Shown piece by piece: positions 1-14,048 of a DNA stretch of 64,000 nucleotides; position 1 is the stretch's first letter, and each line of letters starts with the position of its first letter. Source of the stretch: Tubulanus polymorphus (Eukaryota; Animalia; Nemertea). Location of the stretch: contig NC_134033.1 in the NCBI RefSeq assembly GCF_964204645.1, forward strand, positions 7,262,655-7,326,654. Direction: 5' to 3'. A program made the position numbers and the translations under genes. The notes below the pieces were generated by a model. That model ran no database searches and was not told the origin of the DNA. It saw only the letters and a list, made by a program, of their open reading frames with translations.

Positions 1-629
1 TATCTCTAACTTCAACTCTAACCCTATTCCGCTCGGTTTTGTCTTATCTGTCTCAAAAATGTTCATTAGATATTCATAAATGATGACTAGAGTTGACATA
101 AGCAAAATTTGACATAAACAAACTGATATGTGAGAGGGTGTCAAACTTACAATTTATTATTCAGAACTATGACGATATTAATTATCTTTCGCTAAAGTTG
201 GAAATGATACCTTGTTTCTCATTTATTATGGAAAACTGTATGCCAAAAGTGAACCAGGCGGCATTTTATTTTTATTTATTCCATAAAAAAGTATGAAGTA
301 TGATATATTTCCATCAGGCATATATTTCCATTTTTATGTTTTTATTCAAAAACAATTTTCCACTGAAAATTATAGGATATGGTACGAAGTTCTTACTGTT
401 TGTCAAATACTATTCAAGTACGCCTGTAGGTCTAGTTTGATTGCCAGATGTTACATCATTCCCACCTTCCTGTTTTTCCCAATTTTCATGGGTACATCAA
501 CTATTCAACTATTTAAAAAAGGCTCCAAGGCACTTACAAAGAAATACATTAAAAAGATTAAAGCCATACATAAAATCGTGCGAGAACCCAATTAAAGTAC
601 GAATCAACGACATTGTAAAATTAACAACT

Positions 630-1260
630 AAAAGTCTGCTTAAAAAAGTGTGTTTTCAATGATCTTTTAAAACATTTAACCTTTTCAATCGATCTAAGAG
701 AACTTGGTAAAATATTCCACACATCAGGAGCATTAACTCCTAAAACTTAGTAAAAGATCTATCACCAAATCTGTTAAAAGTACGTGGCACTACAAGTAAA
801 TTGTGACTTATAGATGATCTTCAGGACTGGTAGGTTGGTATATCTGAAGCATGTTTACGAGATAGTTTGGAGCCTGGTTATGTAAAGCACGGAAAACGAA
901 TAAAGCTATTCTGTACACTATACAGTATCTAATTGGTAACCAATGCAAATCTTTAACACAGGAGTAATGTGTTACCTATGTTTCCTCCTAGTAATGATTC
1001 TAGCTGCTGAATTTTGAACTCTTTGTAAACGTAATTGATGATCTGGAATTCCAAACAGTAACGCATTACAGTAGTCTAACCTTGAGGTAACTAGAGAATG
1101 AACAATTAACCGAGCAGCATCTTTAGACAGGTAACTCCTAATGCGACAAATATTCCGCAAGTGATAATTACATAATTTAGTGACAACTGTAACATGCGAA
1201 GCCATAGCTAGTGACTTGACTTGTCGAAAAACACGCCTAGATTGCGAACAACATGTTCAG
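630..1260 (-). mobile_element. L2-clade LINE 3' fragment (RT C-terminal region), degenerate
   Basis: Translation gives LVTSRLDYCNALLFG...LQRVQNSAARII, then HITPVLKDLHWLP and FKRSLKTHF in other frames, which is typical of the L2 ORF2 C-terminus. Boundaries are approximate. Confidence 0.85.
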
Positions 1261-1632
1261 GATAATTCCTAACTAGCGTGGCTTAAAATAAGCTTCAGTA
1301 AATATCAAAGAAACGCCATTAGAATGGGAAGTAATGATTCAATCACGTGAAAATACTAATTAAGTGCTTTGAATTAAAAATCTTAAATAAATGAAAATAT
1401 ATTCTCTAAATCCAAGACAAAATTAATATCATCTGCATGAACAAAATCTAAATTACCATATATCTACAGACTAATTCTGATTCAATTTCAAAAATAAAGG
1501 ACCAATGGTCCAGTGGCTCATTAAACTTGTGTGAAGCAAAAAATCTGTCACGTAGGCTACCGGTATGCAAAAATTCATTTCATTGAAAATTAAACAAGAA
1601 AAAAAATATAAATAAAGGTCCAATGGCCCTGT

Positions 1633-1765
1633 GGTTCACTATTAAATCATTGAGTGCATATATTGTCAAAAATATTATACTAAATATAGATTAATTTGGG
1701 CTCACCATTAAATCATTGAGTGCATATATTGTCAAAAATATTATACTAAATATAGATTAATTTGG
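1633..1765. repeat. Tandem duplication, 66-bp period, 2 copies
   Basis: ATTAAATCATTGAGTGCATATATTGTCAAAAATATTATACTAAATATAGATTAATTTGG occurs at 1641 and again at 1707. Confidence 0.9.
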
Positions 1766-2540
1766 ATTGAAGATGTATGAGGCTGACAATTATGCACCTG
1801 CGATTGTGTGAGAGTGCTGTGTATACTATCATTGCCGAGTCACTGTGCTATACATAGTCTCGCTCAGGTGATTGCTAACAAGCGCAGCCATATACTGTAA
1901 CCTATATTCGAAACACACACGGCTGACTGCTTACGAGCGTATATACAAATGTACTAGCGACGCAGTATTAGATTGACCGAAATTTCACAAGTCAGAATCC
2001 ATCCATCCACAAAATGTCAAAAAATACAAACATATACAGACTTTTTTTTTCTAGAAATCTAAACAAATACCGGCTATGATTTTTTTCTTAAATATACAAA
2101 TAAATACCGACTTGGAAGACCCCCGCCATCGGTATAGTCATACTTGCTAGTTCAGATACTGAATTAAATAGCCTACTCGCTTATATTCGTGACAACGAAC
2201 AAATTATAAGCAAACGAACGATACCTGTCGAATAAAAATGCTCGCCATTTTGTTTTGGGTTTCACATTAGGCTTTCCCAATGGGCTTTCCCAATTACATC
2301 AGAAACGCTGAAATCCCCGGAATTTCCCGTACATCCCACAAACAGCCAATCACATTCATTGTAGTTCAGGTTACAAGGTCAACTCAAATAAATAGAAGCG
2401 AGGAAATTTAGGGGGTTTATTAAGTGAGGGCTTGTAGGTTGAAAAGTACATTGAGATCAGTCGAACTAAAAATGGCGACACTTCCAGGAAGGATTGAGGT
2501 TTTATATATTTCAATTCCAAGCATGCAAATTGTCATACGT

Positions 2541-2970
2541 AACAAGGGGTCCAGGGACACCATGCCCACTTGGGAAGTGGTTTCCAATGCTCAACAATCT
2601 AACAATTTCAATATTCAACACCCCCTGGTGACCATATACAAAAACCAATGACCTTGAAACTCACTACAATCATAGAACATGTCAACTGCTACAATTTTGT
2701 AATTGATTGTGATAACAAAATATGCCTCGTTACCAATCTAATATGGAAATACTAAGTAATTCTACTATTCAATGCCCCCTGGTGACCATATGCAAACCCA
2801 ATGACCTTGAAACTCACCACAATAATAGAACATGTCATAAACTACAACTTTGCAATTGATCATGGTAACAAAATATGCATAGGTACCAATCTAATAAGGA
2901 AAAACTAAGTTATTCTACTATTCAACGCCCCCTGGTGACCATACAGTATAACTAATGTCCTTAAAACTCA
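2541..2970 (-). mobile_element. Truncated Helentron-associated non-autonomous element (HINE-like) with ~154-bp internal tandem repeats
   Basis: It has the same end (GGGGTCCA.GGACACCATGCCCACTTGGGAAG) and the same CCCCCTGGTGACC ~154-bp units as the full copy at 16977-18235. Confidence 0.75.
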
Positions 2971-5900
2971 TTGAGTTAACTCATTGAAAATGAACTAATT
3001 TTAACTCAGAGTTAACTTTAACTCACAACTGTGGAACTGGATCATGGTTTTTAATAATTTTACGATAGGATTTAAGTAGTTTACATTTTCACTCAGACAA
3101 ATTGTCTGAGGTGATATTGCCTTAAGGTGATATTGCCTACGCGACTGTACACGACTGTTTCCAACACTGTGCCACAGTTAACATACTAATACAAATAATC
3201 AGGCTCCAAAATGTATTGCTAATGCGAACATCAATAAAATGATTTCAATTAGTGATGATAAACCAAGTATTCCAGTCGTATAAATATCAGACTCATCTCT
3301 AAAAATTTGATGCTATCACCAGTAAATCAGCCGTGTGGCGAACACGGAAGTAAATTTCCGCATTTTGAAACCAGAATTTTGTCAGATATCTTGATGCAAC
3401 ATTTCCTTATGCACAGGATATCAAAACTAGATGAATCATTGAACACATCGCACACAATAAATCGTCATATCATACACCTTGAATATCAGTATTCGCCCTA
3501 GAAATGATGATATCAACCTATTTAATTGTTCACCATTTTGTTTGTGAAATAACGCGCACCAGCTGACCCACCTCATTCAATGTTATGACGTCATGGAAAT
3601 CAAAACTGAGTAAACACAAATTTTATATAACCAAGATTTTGAGGGGTTACGTCTTTGAAAGCCCATAACTACCGAACAAAGCGTCGTATCTTGGCGATAT
3701 AAAGTTCTTCCGACGCAAATAGCATTGAATTTTCACATGTGTAATTTTGGACCGTTAAAGATGCTGCATAAAATAACGTGCTCAAATAAATCGATTATTG
3801 GAAACTTTTTGGTAAATTTCTCAAATAAATTGCCCATGGGCAAAGTGTGGTTTACCTTGAAAGCTAGAGGTTGTTTGGAGTAAGGGCATTGCTTGAAAAA
3901 ATCTTTTTAATTCGTGATTTCAAAGTTCTAGAAGTTTATGTTGTATTTTATCTTTCTTAAAGAATTATTTTGTAGTCAAATAAGACCAAAGATAAACATT
4001 TGTATATGGTCTACGTCCAAAATTTCGTAGGGTACAGGTAGGCGCGGCATTGGAAACTATTTTATATTTTCAAAAAACTATTTTTCACAATATGAAAAAA
4101 TATTCAAATAAAATTCATATAATGTCTTAGGATCAGAGGGTGGCTGAATATTGAGTCTTGGAAACGAAACCTCTCCCAATATATGGCCGCTGAAGCTAAA
4201 ACATCGGGGTGTAGTATTAGATGGTTTTAAATCCTGGAATTTACCACTACAATATTCAGACCTCGACCTAAACCTAAAGTTTGCTGCTTAGTATTTTCGG
4301 GTCACAAGAAATTACAATTTATTCCAAATTCTATCAAACAGAAAACACAGCGCTCATCTTCTGCTACGACGATTATTCAGCCTGTTATCATACCAAACGT
4401 GCATGCGCCAAGCAGCGTTACAGCAGCTCCATATAGTAGTCTGTATGAGCGTGTGTTTAAGTGTGCAACAGTCTAATGTTTAGCAGTCCCGTCCTGCGCA
4501 CGTGGAGGCCTTGTGTAGTGAACGCTAGCTTCACTTCAATCTCAATGAACACAATCATCGGGTATCAAAACGAAACAATACCTATGGCGATAGGCCTATG
4601 TGAAATAATTATATTCTCACCAGCAATGAGCATTTAAAATTCGCACCTAGTCCAATGAAACGTTTGCCATAAATGGCTTGCCCATAATTATTTTAGTAGC
4701 GCCGGAATTCCCAGTATAAAAACAGCCAATCACATTCGCTCATAGAGACGACGCCCCCCAATCGAGGTCATTGCAATTTTATACGCAAGTTGACCATGTC
4801 ATCCACAGAGGTTCGTCATGTCTTCAATCGCATCGATTATACGTCGTTTAACCCGAGAACCAATGAAAGAAATGCTCACATAAAAAAACGTACCGCGATT
4901 TTACGTGAATTGGCTCAATGCCAACCTCATACTGCTGACAAAGGTAAACCAAAAATATGAAACCCACGGCTTTCAACTTTGCGCACCATAACGAAAACCA
5001 ATTACGAAATATATTTTTGCTTATTCTGTTCAAGAAAAAAGGGTTAAAGTTATAATTTTTTAGCCCTCTACGCCTACAGAAATATAGCCTACACAATCAT
5101 TTCGACGATGCACATGGAGTAAACTAGCTATGGGTACCGGAACTTCAGTAGATACAAGACAAGAGCAGCGATCACACAAGCATTTTTGGCCAGGAACAAC
5201 TGTTCACACCGGTGCCAAATGGGCCCTAACCTGTTTGGCCCGGGCCAAATTTGGCCCGACCAAAAACGTTAACGGAATCTATCATCATGCTGATAATTGC
5301 TAGATTACTTATCAGATTGTGTTGAAATGATTATGCATAGAAAGATTTACAGCTCAAAGAAAAAACGTGACTAACTTGAGTGACTTCAGGTGAAGAACAC
5401 GAAAATAGATAGGAGCCAGGATTTTTTTTTTTTTAATAATAAAGACAATTAGCAAGAATAAGTTGCATTTCCTTCAAATCACAATCCACTACGATCATCC
5501 GATAAAGTTTATTGCCACCATAGACTACCGCCCCCTGGCTCTTTGAAGAAGAGACAGGGAACCAGTCTTCAATTCAATTCAGAATTTATTTTACAGAAAA
5601 GCGGTTTTAAGTTTTATTAGATATAAAAACTGAAAAATATAAATGTTCATACAGAGATTTTTCAAATGCCCACTCACGCAAGCACCCAATGAAAGTAAAA
5701 GAAAATTAACCTAATTTTTTAAAAACGTGAAAGTAAATGTTTTATTGTGAAATTTTGTGTCAATAAAGAATGGCTTGAATTGTCGGCAGCACTATGCTGC
5801 GCATGAATACCAATTTCAAGACTGATCACGCACACTCAACAAAGGTTGGTATGCGCTGCTAAAATAACAAAAACAATTAAACAAAATCATAAAACAATGA

Positions 5901-6552
5901 AAACGACAACCGATATAGCCAATATACGAAAGGAACCTAGATTTTATTACTGCATTAAATGCGTGTGAATATCAGAGCCCAATAAAGTTTCTAACGAAAG
6001 TTATCGACTCCCCAAGCAAGTTATCAATCCGTGTGATAGCAATATGGGCTTGCAAGCATGCAAGCCCATGCAAAGAAGGTATTAACTTTAGGCCCACCCG
6101 GCAGCAACTTATTTCTTAAATTCATACCGTTACTTTATCTGACCTGGCCAGGGAATGAATAACAAGGTAGGCCTATCATTTTGTGGATTACAAATGTTAT
6201 TTTACTGATAATCATGAGATATACATTTTCACATTGAAACTATGCTGAAAAACCCTCATTTCATAACATATCTGGAAGTGTGGATTGAGCTTTCTATCTA
6301 AACTTTGAAGATTCTATCTAAACTTTGAAGAGCCTGGTGTAGAATTAATACAAGATGAGGCGTTCTTTATAGGTTTTCTATCTTATTGAACGCACATGCG
6401 TGTGACCAGTTGTCCCGGGCCAAAATTGCTTGTTCTAACTATGGGTTCCAAACGGGTTCCTACCTGCAACGGGCCAAATTTGGAATGGACCAAATAATCA
6501 GTGTGTGTTCATACATTCATTGCTAAATAGGCTGTCCTGCAATATATGTTTT

Positions 6553-9500
6553 TAAATGATAGGCTTATGAGTCCCTGGCAGTTATTCATTCTTCAAAATT
6601 TGATGACTACAGTTTATCATTATATCTGGACACATCAATCCATGATAGATTCTAGGTAATTTCCAAAATAATCAAAACGGCTATCTGCTCATTTGTTCAC
6701 TTAATTATTAATTAATGAATCCTTGCTCAGACATCCTTGCTTGCCACTAATGGATTAAAAAACAACCAGTTTGTCACCTGGCATGCAGTCTGTCACATGT
6801 CTGTCTGTTCTAATTGTAATCGTGACTCAGACTCACAGCAGTATAAGTCAGCTTTCAAGGCAAAATCAAATTCAGACATACACCAAGTGTGTCCCGAATG
6901 AAATCATCTTCAACTAAATCTTCATCATGTAGCCTATATCCAAGGTTCTAATTTCGGGATTTGTCATCCATAGCAAATTGCTTTTACAATTGCGAATCCA
7001 ACAAATCTCGCCACACCATGGCGGCTAACTTCGTTGCGAGCGGGTTTTCCGAATCGGATTTTGAAAATCTTTCGATGTCAGAGGACGATGGGCCAGATTG
7101 TAACGACATTTATTGTAAATGCAACTCAGACGATCTGGATATAATTCTGTGTGAATCGCAGACCTGCCGTATTGTATGGTACCATAAAACGTGTGTGCCA
7201 AATCTGAACAAGATATTGACGGAAAATGCCAGGGTTTTTCTCTGCAATGATTGTAAGAAAGGTAGGTAGGCCTAGGCCCAATCGAAAATTGTGTGGTCTA
7301 TATCGTAAAATATCGAAGGTAATCTATGATTTGTCTCGATTTAAATAGGTCAAGAGAAAACAGTTCTCAATGATAGAACGAATAAGTCGTCGAATCTTAG
7401 AGTTACTCCAACAAGGTCGAATAGTGATCCAGAAAAATCGAGCAAAGTAAAACGTACGTCGACAAATGACAAGAAAAAACCTCAAAGACAGCAGAAGTAT
7501 GAAAGTAAGTTTTTTAATGTTTTTATCTATTGTATAATGTAAAATATGATTTTTTTCACATAATTGTAAATATATATAATTTTAATTTTTTTTTCAGGCA
7601 ATGCAAACTATACACATGAGGAATTTCAACTTCAGGAGTGTTCACCTAAAAGCCAAAATAAAAAATATATATTAGCAAAACATTTTTGCAATATTAAAAT
7701 GTATTTCCAGTATAAAAATAATTTAGTTTAAGTGTACTAACCATCTGTAACATTCATTTCCAGTCTGTGAATATCCGCGTCTACGTATTTCCAAAAACCA
7801 ATATATTCTGAAAAAATACACAATTAATATGTCTTTTGAAAAAGAAAACCATTATTTAGCAGTACAATTATACTACTACAGGCTGAACACATACAAATAG
7901 GCCTATTTGCTTAAATATTAAAATAGCATAATAAGGCTGGGGGTTTTGTAATGATAAGTCTTCAATGAAGTAAAGACACCCTGCAATTATCATCATCTAG
8001 GTGGTATCTAAGCATTTTCAAGTGCTCGAAATTTTTTTGCGAAGCAATGCAACACGTAACAAATCATAGATTTGTAAAGATCAAAACATCGACTTTAAGA
8101 TGGTATATTCGTTGTTGGCCGCAACGACCGGCTTTTTTACGTATGCTTTTTAAATAAACTTACCGATGTAGAGCACTGATATGAATGATAAGTTCGTCAA
8201 TCGTCGGTAAATCGGGTAATTTTTGGTCGATTTTCACAAAATTTGTATCAAAACGGGAAGAAATTTGCGCTTATCACGAATCAGCCCACTGCGCATGTCT
8301 AAACTAGGGCATATTCGATGAGACGACGGTGCGCATGTTGGATTGCTCCGAGAAAAAAGCTTCCGCCAGAATGACGCTGTCTACGAAGCGAAGGCGTTGC
8401 TAACCGAATCGCACTCAATGATCGACACAGCGCGTTTAGTGCATTTGAATAGCGCGAGCGACCTCCATTCAATGACTCCAAGCTTAAACTATCATCAGTC
8501 TTCTATGCAATGTGCTAGTGACGTCGTCTATTGAAATGGGGGCTGAACACGCATAAATGCGCATATTTTCTGCAAAGCACCCCTTCTGCACTGGTGATTG
8601 CTGCAGATTTTATCACTCTTAGAAGAAATACTGCTTATTTTACATGAAAAAGCAGGACCAGATGAACAAAATAAACCAAATTTGATGAAGAAATCTCTTC
8701 TAGTTGTTGTTTTTTGAATCTCTGAAAAACACAGAAATCCTGGCAAAGTGCAACATTTCCTGAAAAATAGGGCCTCGTAGGCAAAGAGTAAAGCTTCTAT
8801 AATTTCTAACACCAAGTACTAACTACTGATATGAAATTCAGCAGATCAAGATTTTTTTGTTAGATGCAAGCACAGAACAATAAAATGGTGTTAAATAAAT
8901 TTTTAGGCCCGTAAGAAGCAATTTTTCATTGCGGAGGCCACCTCCCTAAAAACCCCCAAAAATACCAGATGCAAATATTAAAAAGAGTCACAAAGTCTGT
9001 ATTCTCAGATCATTTATGGCTATATTTCATGAACTATTTCATAAACAGATATGACCTACGATCCCTATTGCGTGACTTTTCCAAAACTGGTACCTAAAAA
9101 AGTTAGCAAATTGTTCAAGATGAAACTAGTTTATACCCTTTTACGATATTAATGGTTGATGTGGCTCTATTGCTGGTATATTGTCCAATACATATATTTA
9201 TCTACATGTTAAATCATTTTTAGAGCGTTATTTTTATCATACGTATAATCTACGCACTGGTGTAGAATGAGAATGATAATGTGCGTTATTTGGCCCGGTC
9301 CCACTTGGACCAGATCAAGCGTTCACACACGTTAAGAATCGGTTCCAAAATCGCTAAATCCAACTATCGTGTGTGTGTGTGCGTGCGTGTGCACACCGTG
9401 GACAGACAAGGTGTGTTCTAGATCGTACATACTCTTCAGTATGAATTCAATTGTATTAAACTAAACACCAATTCGTCATCAAACTGATTAATACAGTATT

Positions 9501-9710
9501 CACATTTCATACTTTGTCTAAATTAATGTATAGACTAATGCATTCATTATTTATCTGAGTCTGTGTTGCTCATTGTTGTATGTGTTTTCATTGTTATGAA
9601 TATTACCTAGAATCTATCATAGATTGATGTGTCCAGATAAGTGATAAACTGCGCTTCATCAAAATTTTTCAAATAAAAAGCAGTCAGGGACTCATAAGTC
9701 TATCATTTAG
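6553..9710. repeat. Diverged inverted repeat pair (6553-6660 vs 9601-9710); the adjacent 6680-6920 also has a direct homolog at ~15714-15995
   Basis: TTATGAGTCCCTG...ATCTGGACACATCAATC.ATGATAGATTCTAGGTAAT appears reverse-complemented at 9601-9710. This looks like a dispersed repeat family; no TSD was found. Confidence 0.6.
7018..7731 (+). CDS. Spliced PHD-finger protein gene (exons ~7018-7261, 7349-7504, 7598-...), probably a truncated transposon accessory gene
   Basis: Start context is CACCATGG. The translation has a YCKC...LCESQTC...WYHKTC...FLCNDC (C4HC3) pattern. Two GT-AG introns are phase-compatible and keep the frame open. The 3' end is uncertain. Confidence 0.65.
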
Positions 9711-12700
9711 CCTAAATGGAAATTTCGCGGAAAATACTTATTATCTAATAATGGCCAGCATGGCTACAAATGATCGTTGAATGGCAAAATTTATTTGCAG
9801 ATCATCAAGTCAATTTTTGTTAAATTCATCTCCCCATAGAACTTTGCCGCGGCGGAAACTCAAAAAATTTAATGTTACATAAAAAACGTAACTCAGTAAA
9901 ATATCTGGGCGCGGCGCCGCGGCTGCCGCTATGGCTCCTACTGCCCTGATTTTGTAGGATGTCAGCACAGTACACAGAACATTGGTTTTTAAGACATGAA
10001 CCGCTGGAACTTTATACTTGGTGACAAACTGTTGAAGATTGTTGAAAAATCTTAATTAAAATCTGGTTGATTGAAATTGTGTTTTACAGAGAATTTATGC
10101 ATGGATTCGAACCTGATGTCATCGTGACTGCCAGCGCTTGTTCAGCTTACATGTCATTAACAACCGATCTAAAGCTACTTATTTTAGTTATTTGAGATTA
10201 TCCCATCTAAGGTTATCCATGGAAACTGCCTCAGTAATTAAACAACTACCTGATTGGCGCCGCACATTTCATATGGCTTACCTCCACCTTCACACAAAGG
10301 CTAATCAGACAGGGTTTCATCGCATGGCTGAGTGTTGTGATGCATCAGGTTCAACACCAGTTTTTAAAAGAATTTATGATTAAATATTGGGGTGCTGGGA
10401 TCTTGCTCTTAAAATAGATAGGTTGATTGAAACGTTTTGATAGTGAGACCATCTCTTCACTCAACCATTAAATCAACTGAATCTCACACCAATGTGTGTG
10501 GTGCGTGTGTATTATTGTTGCTATAGTAACAGGGATTCTCTTCTCAGTCTCATCAGGTGACTGTGGTAGACCAGCAACATATACTACCCTATATTTCATT
10601 GTCATCTAGTGTTCATATACTGAAGATTGAAAAATAATATCAACACATGAAAAGATAAATCTTATGTAACACACACCATACCAGTAAAAGCCCCTCCCGG
10701 GATAAAATACAATGTCAAAAAAGTCCTACCATTCCTGAGAATAAGGATGCGCCCCTGTGAAAGAAACCCCCCCCCAAAAGTTGTTCATTAGTCTACCATG
10801 GTAGCGCTTCCTTCCAAAGATGGGTGCAGTGAATCCGGTTCATAATGCTGGGTAACAAAAGGCCCATGGGCCTTGAAGCTTCAGTTATGATTTTATGCAT
10901 TTATATATCAGTGTTCTCGCTGGGTTAAATAAAAACATGGCAGTCCTCAGTAATAAAACGCCGAAAGAGCGAGTCCACATCAGGAACAGGGGTCAATCTC
11001 ATGGAAATATTTTATATTTGTAGGTGCCAAGATACGGTTTCCCAGCATTTTTGGGGCCATAATCAACTGGTTTTAAAAAAGCTGTTAATTTACCTTTTTA
11101 ATGATTATTGCCGTTTCACCGGGTGTTACCCCTTAACACAAGCTCTGGATCCACTCCTGCAGACAGCTATGCATGTGCCTGCGCACTCAGGCTTAAATAA
11201 TACATAGTTTCGTGCTGAGAACGCTAAGCCTCTTATAGGTACTACCAAAAATACATGTATTACTGGTGCTATGTTTTGAAGCATCCTATACGCTTTTAAG
11301 ATAAGCCATTTGGACACCGAAGGCGAAGATTTGAAACCAATTCGTGGTTCTGTTAGGCCTACCAATCAGGAAACCTTGTCTCTACCAGGCCTCTAGGCCT
11401 TCACGAATAGCCTCATTTTCTGATATGTTTTACAGTTGTTCATGTAGTTATGAAGTAACTATGCACTGAAGCCAACTGGGATAGACGAGAACAGTCCATC
11501 AAGCATACTACCACTATTCCAGCAGGATAAAAACAGTTCTACATACAACGGTGAAATAGAGTGTAGTTCAAGGGATGCAGCAATGAAGCAACTCTGGCAA
11601 TCAGCAGGTCTAAAATACAGGTCGTTTGCTTAGTTATTGATCATGGAACACCTACATAACCATGGAACACCTACACCATGGCAATTGAAACTTCCACTGG
11701 AAGGTAGAGATCCCCAGGGTTTTATGAAGCCTGGGCTCACTCAGATAGAGGAATAGTCCGTACATAGATAAATAAGTTGCAGCTGAAAACATGGATAAGG
11801 ATGGCATGCCATGGCTGCAGTTCCAACCAACTATACATTCTGAGCCAATAATATATAAACAAAAAGCTTTAAATCATAGAATGGCATGGCATTGTTGCTA
11901 CTATTATCATTATTATAAGACGTTTGTCCCACAACCATCTGCAATCACATTACAAAATGAATGGTAAATACAGCAAATTTTATTTAGGCCTACTTCCACG
12001 TTCAAACACATGGTTTATATACAAGTCTTATGAACCCAAAAAATTTGGGTTAGAGATAGAAATGCAACAAATGATGAAACAAAATTCTTTTATCTAATTT
12101 TCAAGGGGGATTTAAATTCTGATGACTATGAATACGAAGGCAGTAATAGCAATTGCCAGGATAAAAAAATCTTTTTGGCATCACATTTTCAGGGTTTGAA
12201 TTATCTGATTTTTAGAAGCTTTAAAGACCTGATAACACTATGGCAATCATGCATCCTAATTTACTTGAAGGAACCAACAACTACACCGAAACAGCCTTAA
12301 CAGTTAGCTTTTCAAAAATTAAAAAACAATGCTTTTAACTGATGTACCTACTTCTAACTAGAAAATGAATCTCAAATTTTTTAAAAACTTGCTAAGACAC
12401 GGACTAGAGCATGAAAATTAACATACCTGGTAGCGTTGAATTCAGAATGATTATTGCACTGTACCAAAGTCGTTTTAATAGATTTAATTTTTGTTTGCAT
12501 TTGTATCGAAACTTCCTTCTTCGGTTTTTTCTGAATGTTCTCAGCACTGGGATCTTTCATAGCATCAACAGCCGCAACATCGCGCTCATTAACCCCCTCG
12601 CTTATAGTTTCAATCTTACTCATCATAAATCAAAAAATGTTGCACAAACTAATGAACAATTTTCACGAAAAAAAATTCTCCCAGATTTTCAAATTTCACT

Positions 12701-13419
12701 AAACAATTTACAACAGATTAATATAGGGTGATATTTTTTTCCAATATGATCACCTACTAAAAAAATTGTAACGCAAAAAAAAGAATCCTTTTGTGAGTAT
12801 TAATCTTGACCGAATGATCCTATTCAAAGAATTAAAAATACGATTTCGTTGAAATATATGAATCCAGAAAAATCCCAATCCGTTCGTCTCTGAATCGCAA
12901 AAAGAAAACAGTAAACCCAATGATAACTTTTCCGGGAACGTGATAAGAAATATTCTCTGTCACTATTGTCACAGCTGTCTTTAAATACGTGCGGTGTCTG
13001 TTAATGAAGAGTTTGTTAGACACTGACCGACTGTCGCGTGACAGAAATGATTTTCCTTATATATTGATATGAAAACCACAAATAAAGAGACGGAAACGGG
13101 GAATGGGTGGGGAGGTGAACTGAAGAAGCATTAATTGTATTAATCACCATATCGACTATGGCGCACGAATATATATATATATATCATCAATATTATCTGC
13201 AGAAGAGGATTAGTTGGTGAAGTGGATAATGAACTTTCAGCACATTAAACACAATGTCTCTGCACCTCTCAAAGAGTAGTGATCGTGATTAAAGATCGAT
13301 CAGCTCAAATAACTCTCACAAAGGAGAAACAAGAGGTCCATGGACTTAGAGAGAATTGCCAAATCCAGACAATTTGGGAAAAGAACTAGAGCCCCTAGGG
13401 CAGGCACTGTAGCTGTAAA

Positions 13420-13520
13420 AGCTGCGATCACACTGAGATGATTTGGCCCGGGCCAAATAGGCACGGATCAGGCCCGAGTCAAATTTGGCCCAGGCGAAAA
13501 ACGCTTGTGTGATCGCGGCT
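13420..13520. mobile_element. ~100-bp MITE (PIF/Harbinger-like TIRs)
   Basis: TIRs are AGCTGCGATCACAC ... GTGTGATCGCGGCT. The internal TTTGGCCCGGGCCAAA motif also occurs at ~5235, ~6415 and ~9290. No TSD is preserved. Confidence 0.55.
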
Positions 13521-13738
13521 TACGATAAGATCTTCTTAAGGTCAATAGTTCAGAGACACAATTGCCAATGTTGAGCTATCGGTGCCTGCTCATTAACATA
13601 ACAACATCAGGAAAATATAAAACAATGAAAACAAGAGCATGTGAGAGGCAGTCTTGTAGCCTGATCGTATTAGGCCTGGCTTGTAAGGCAAGCGACGCGA
13701 CGCCTTATGACGTTACTGAGAGCAAACATGATCGCAGC

Positions 13739-14048
13739 CAGGCACACATCTAGGGAGGGGGCCCCGGTGGCCCGGGCCCCCTCCCTCCTTTAAGTGAAGA
13801 TCGTTTTTTTCGACCGACCTCCTGCCACTCGCTTAATATTAACGCTTAATATTCTTGCCTCAGAATGCAGGAAATGGCCTCAAAACAGTTAAATTTCAAA
13901 AATTTTCTGGGGGAGAACCCCCATACCAGCAGGGGCTAGGAAGCGTAGGAAAGCCTCGCGCCTACGCCGCTCGGTGTCAATACAGTATCATCATAGCTAC
14001 ATTTATTAGGTGCCCCCCCCCCTAAATTGGGCTCTAGATCCACCCCTG
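13739..14048. mobile_element. Degenerate hAT-like MITE
   Basis: The right end CTAGATCCACCCCTG and left end CAGGCACACATCTAG form an imperfect IR. The layout resembles the MITE at 26006-26243. Confidence 0.4.
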
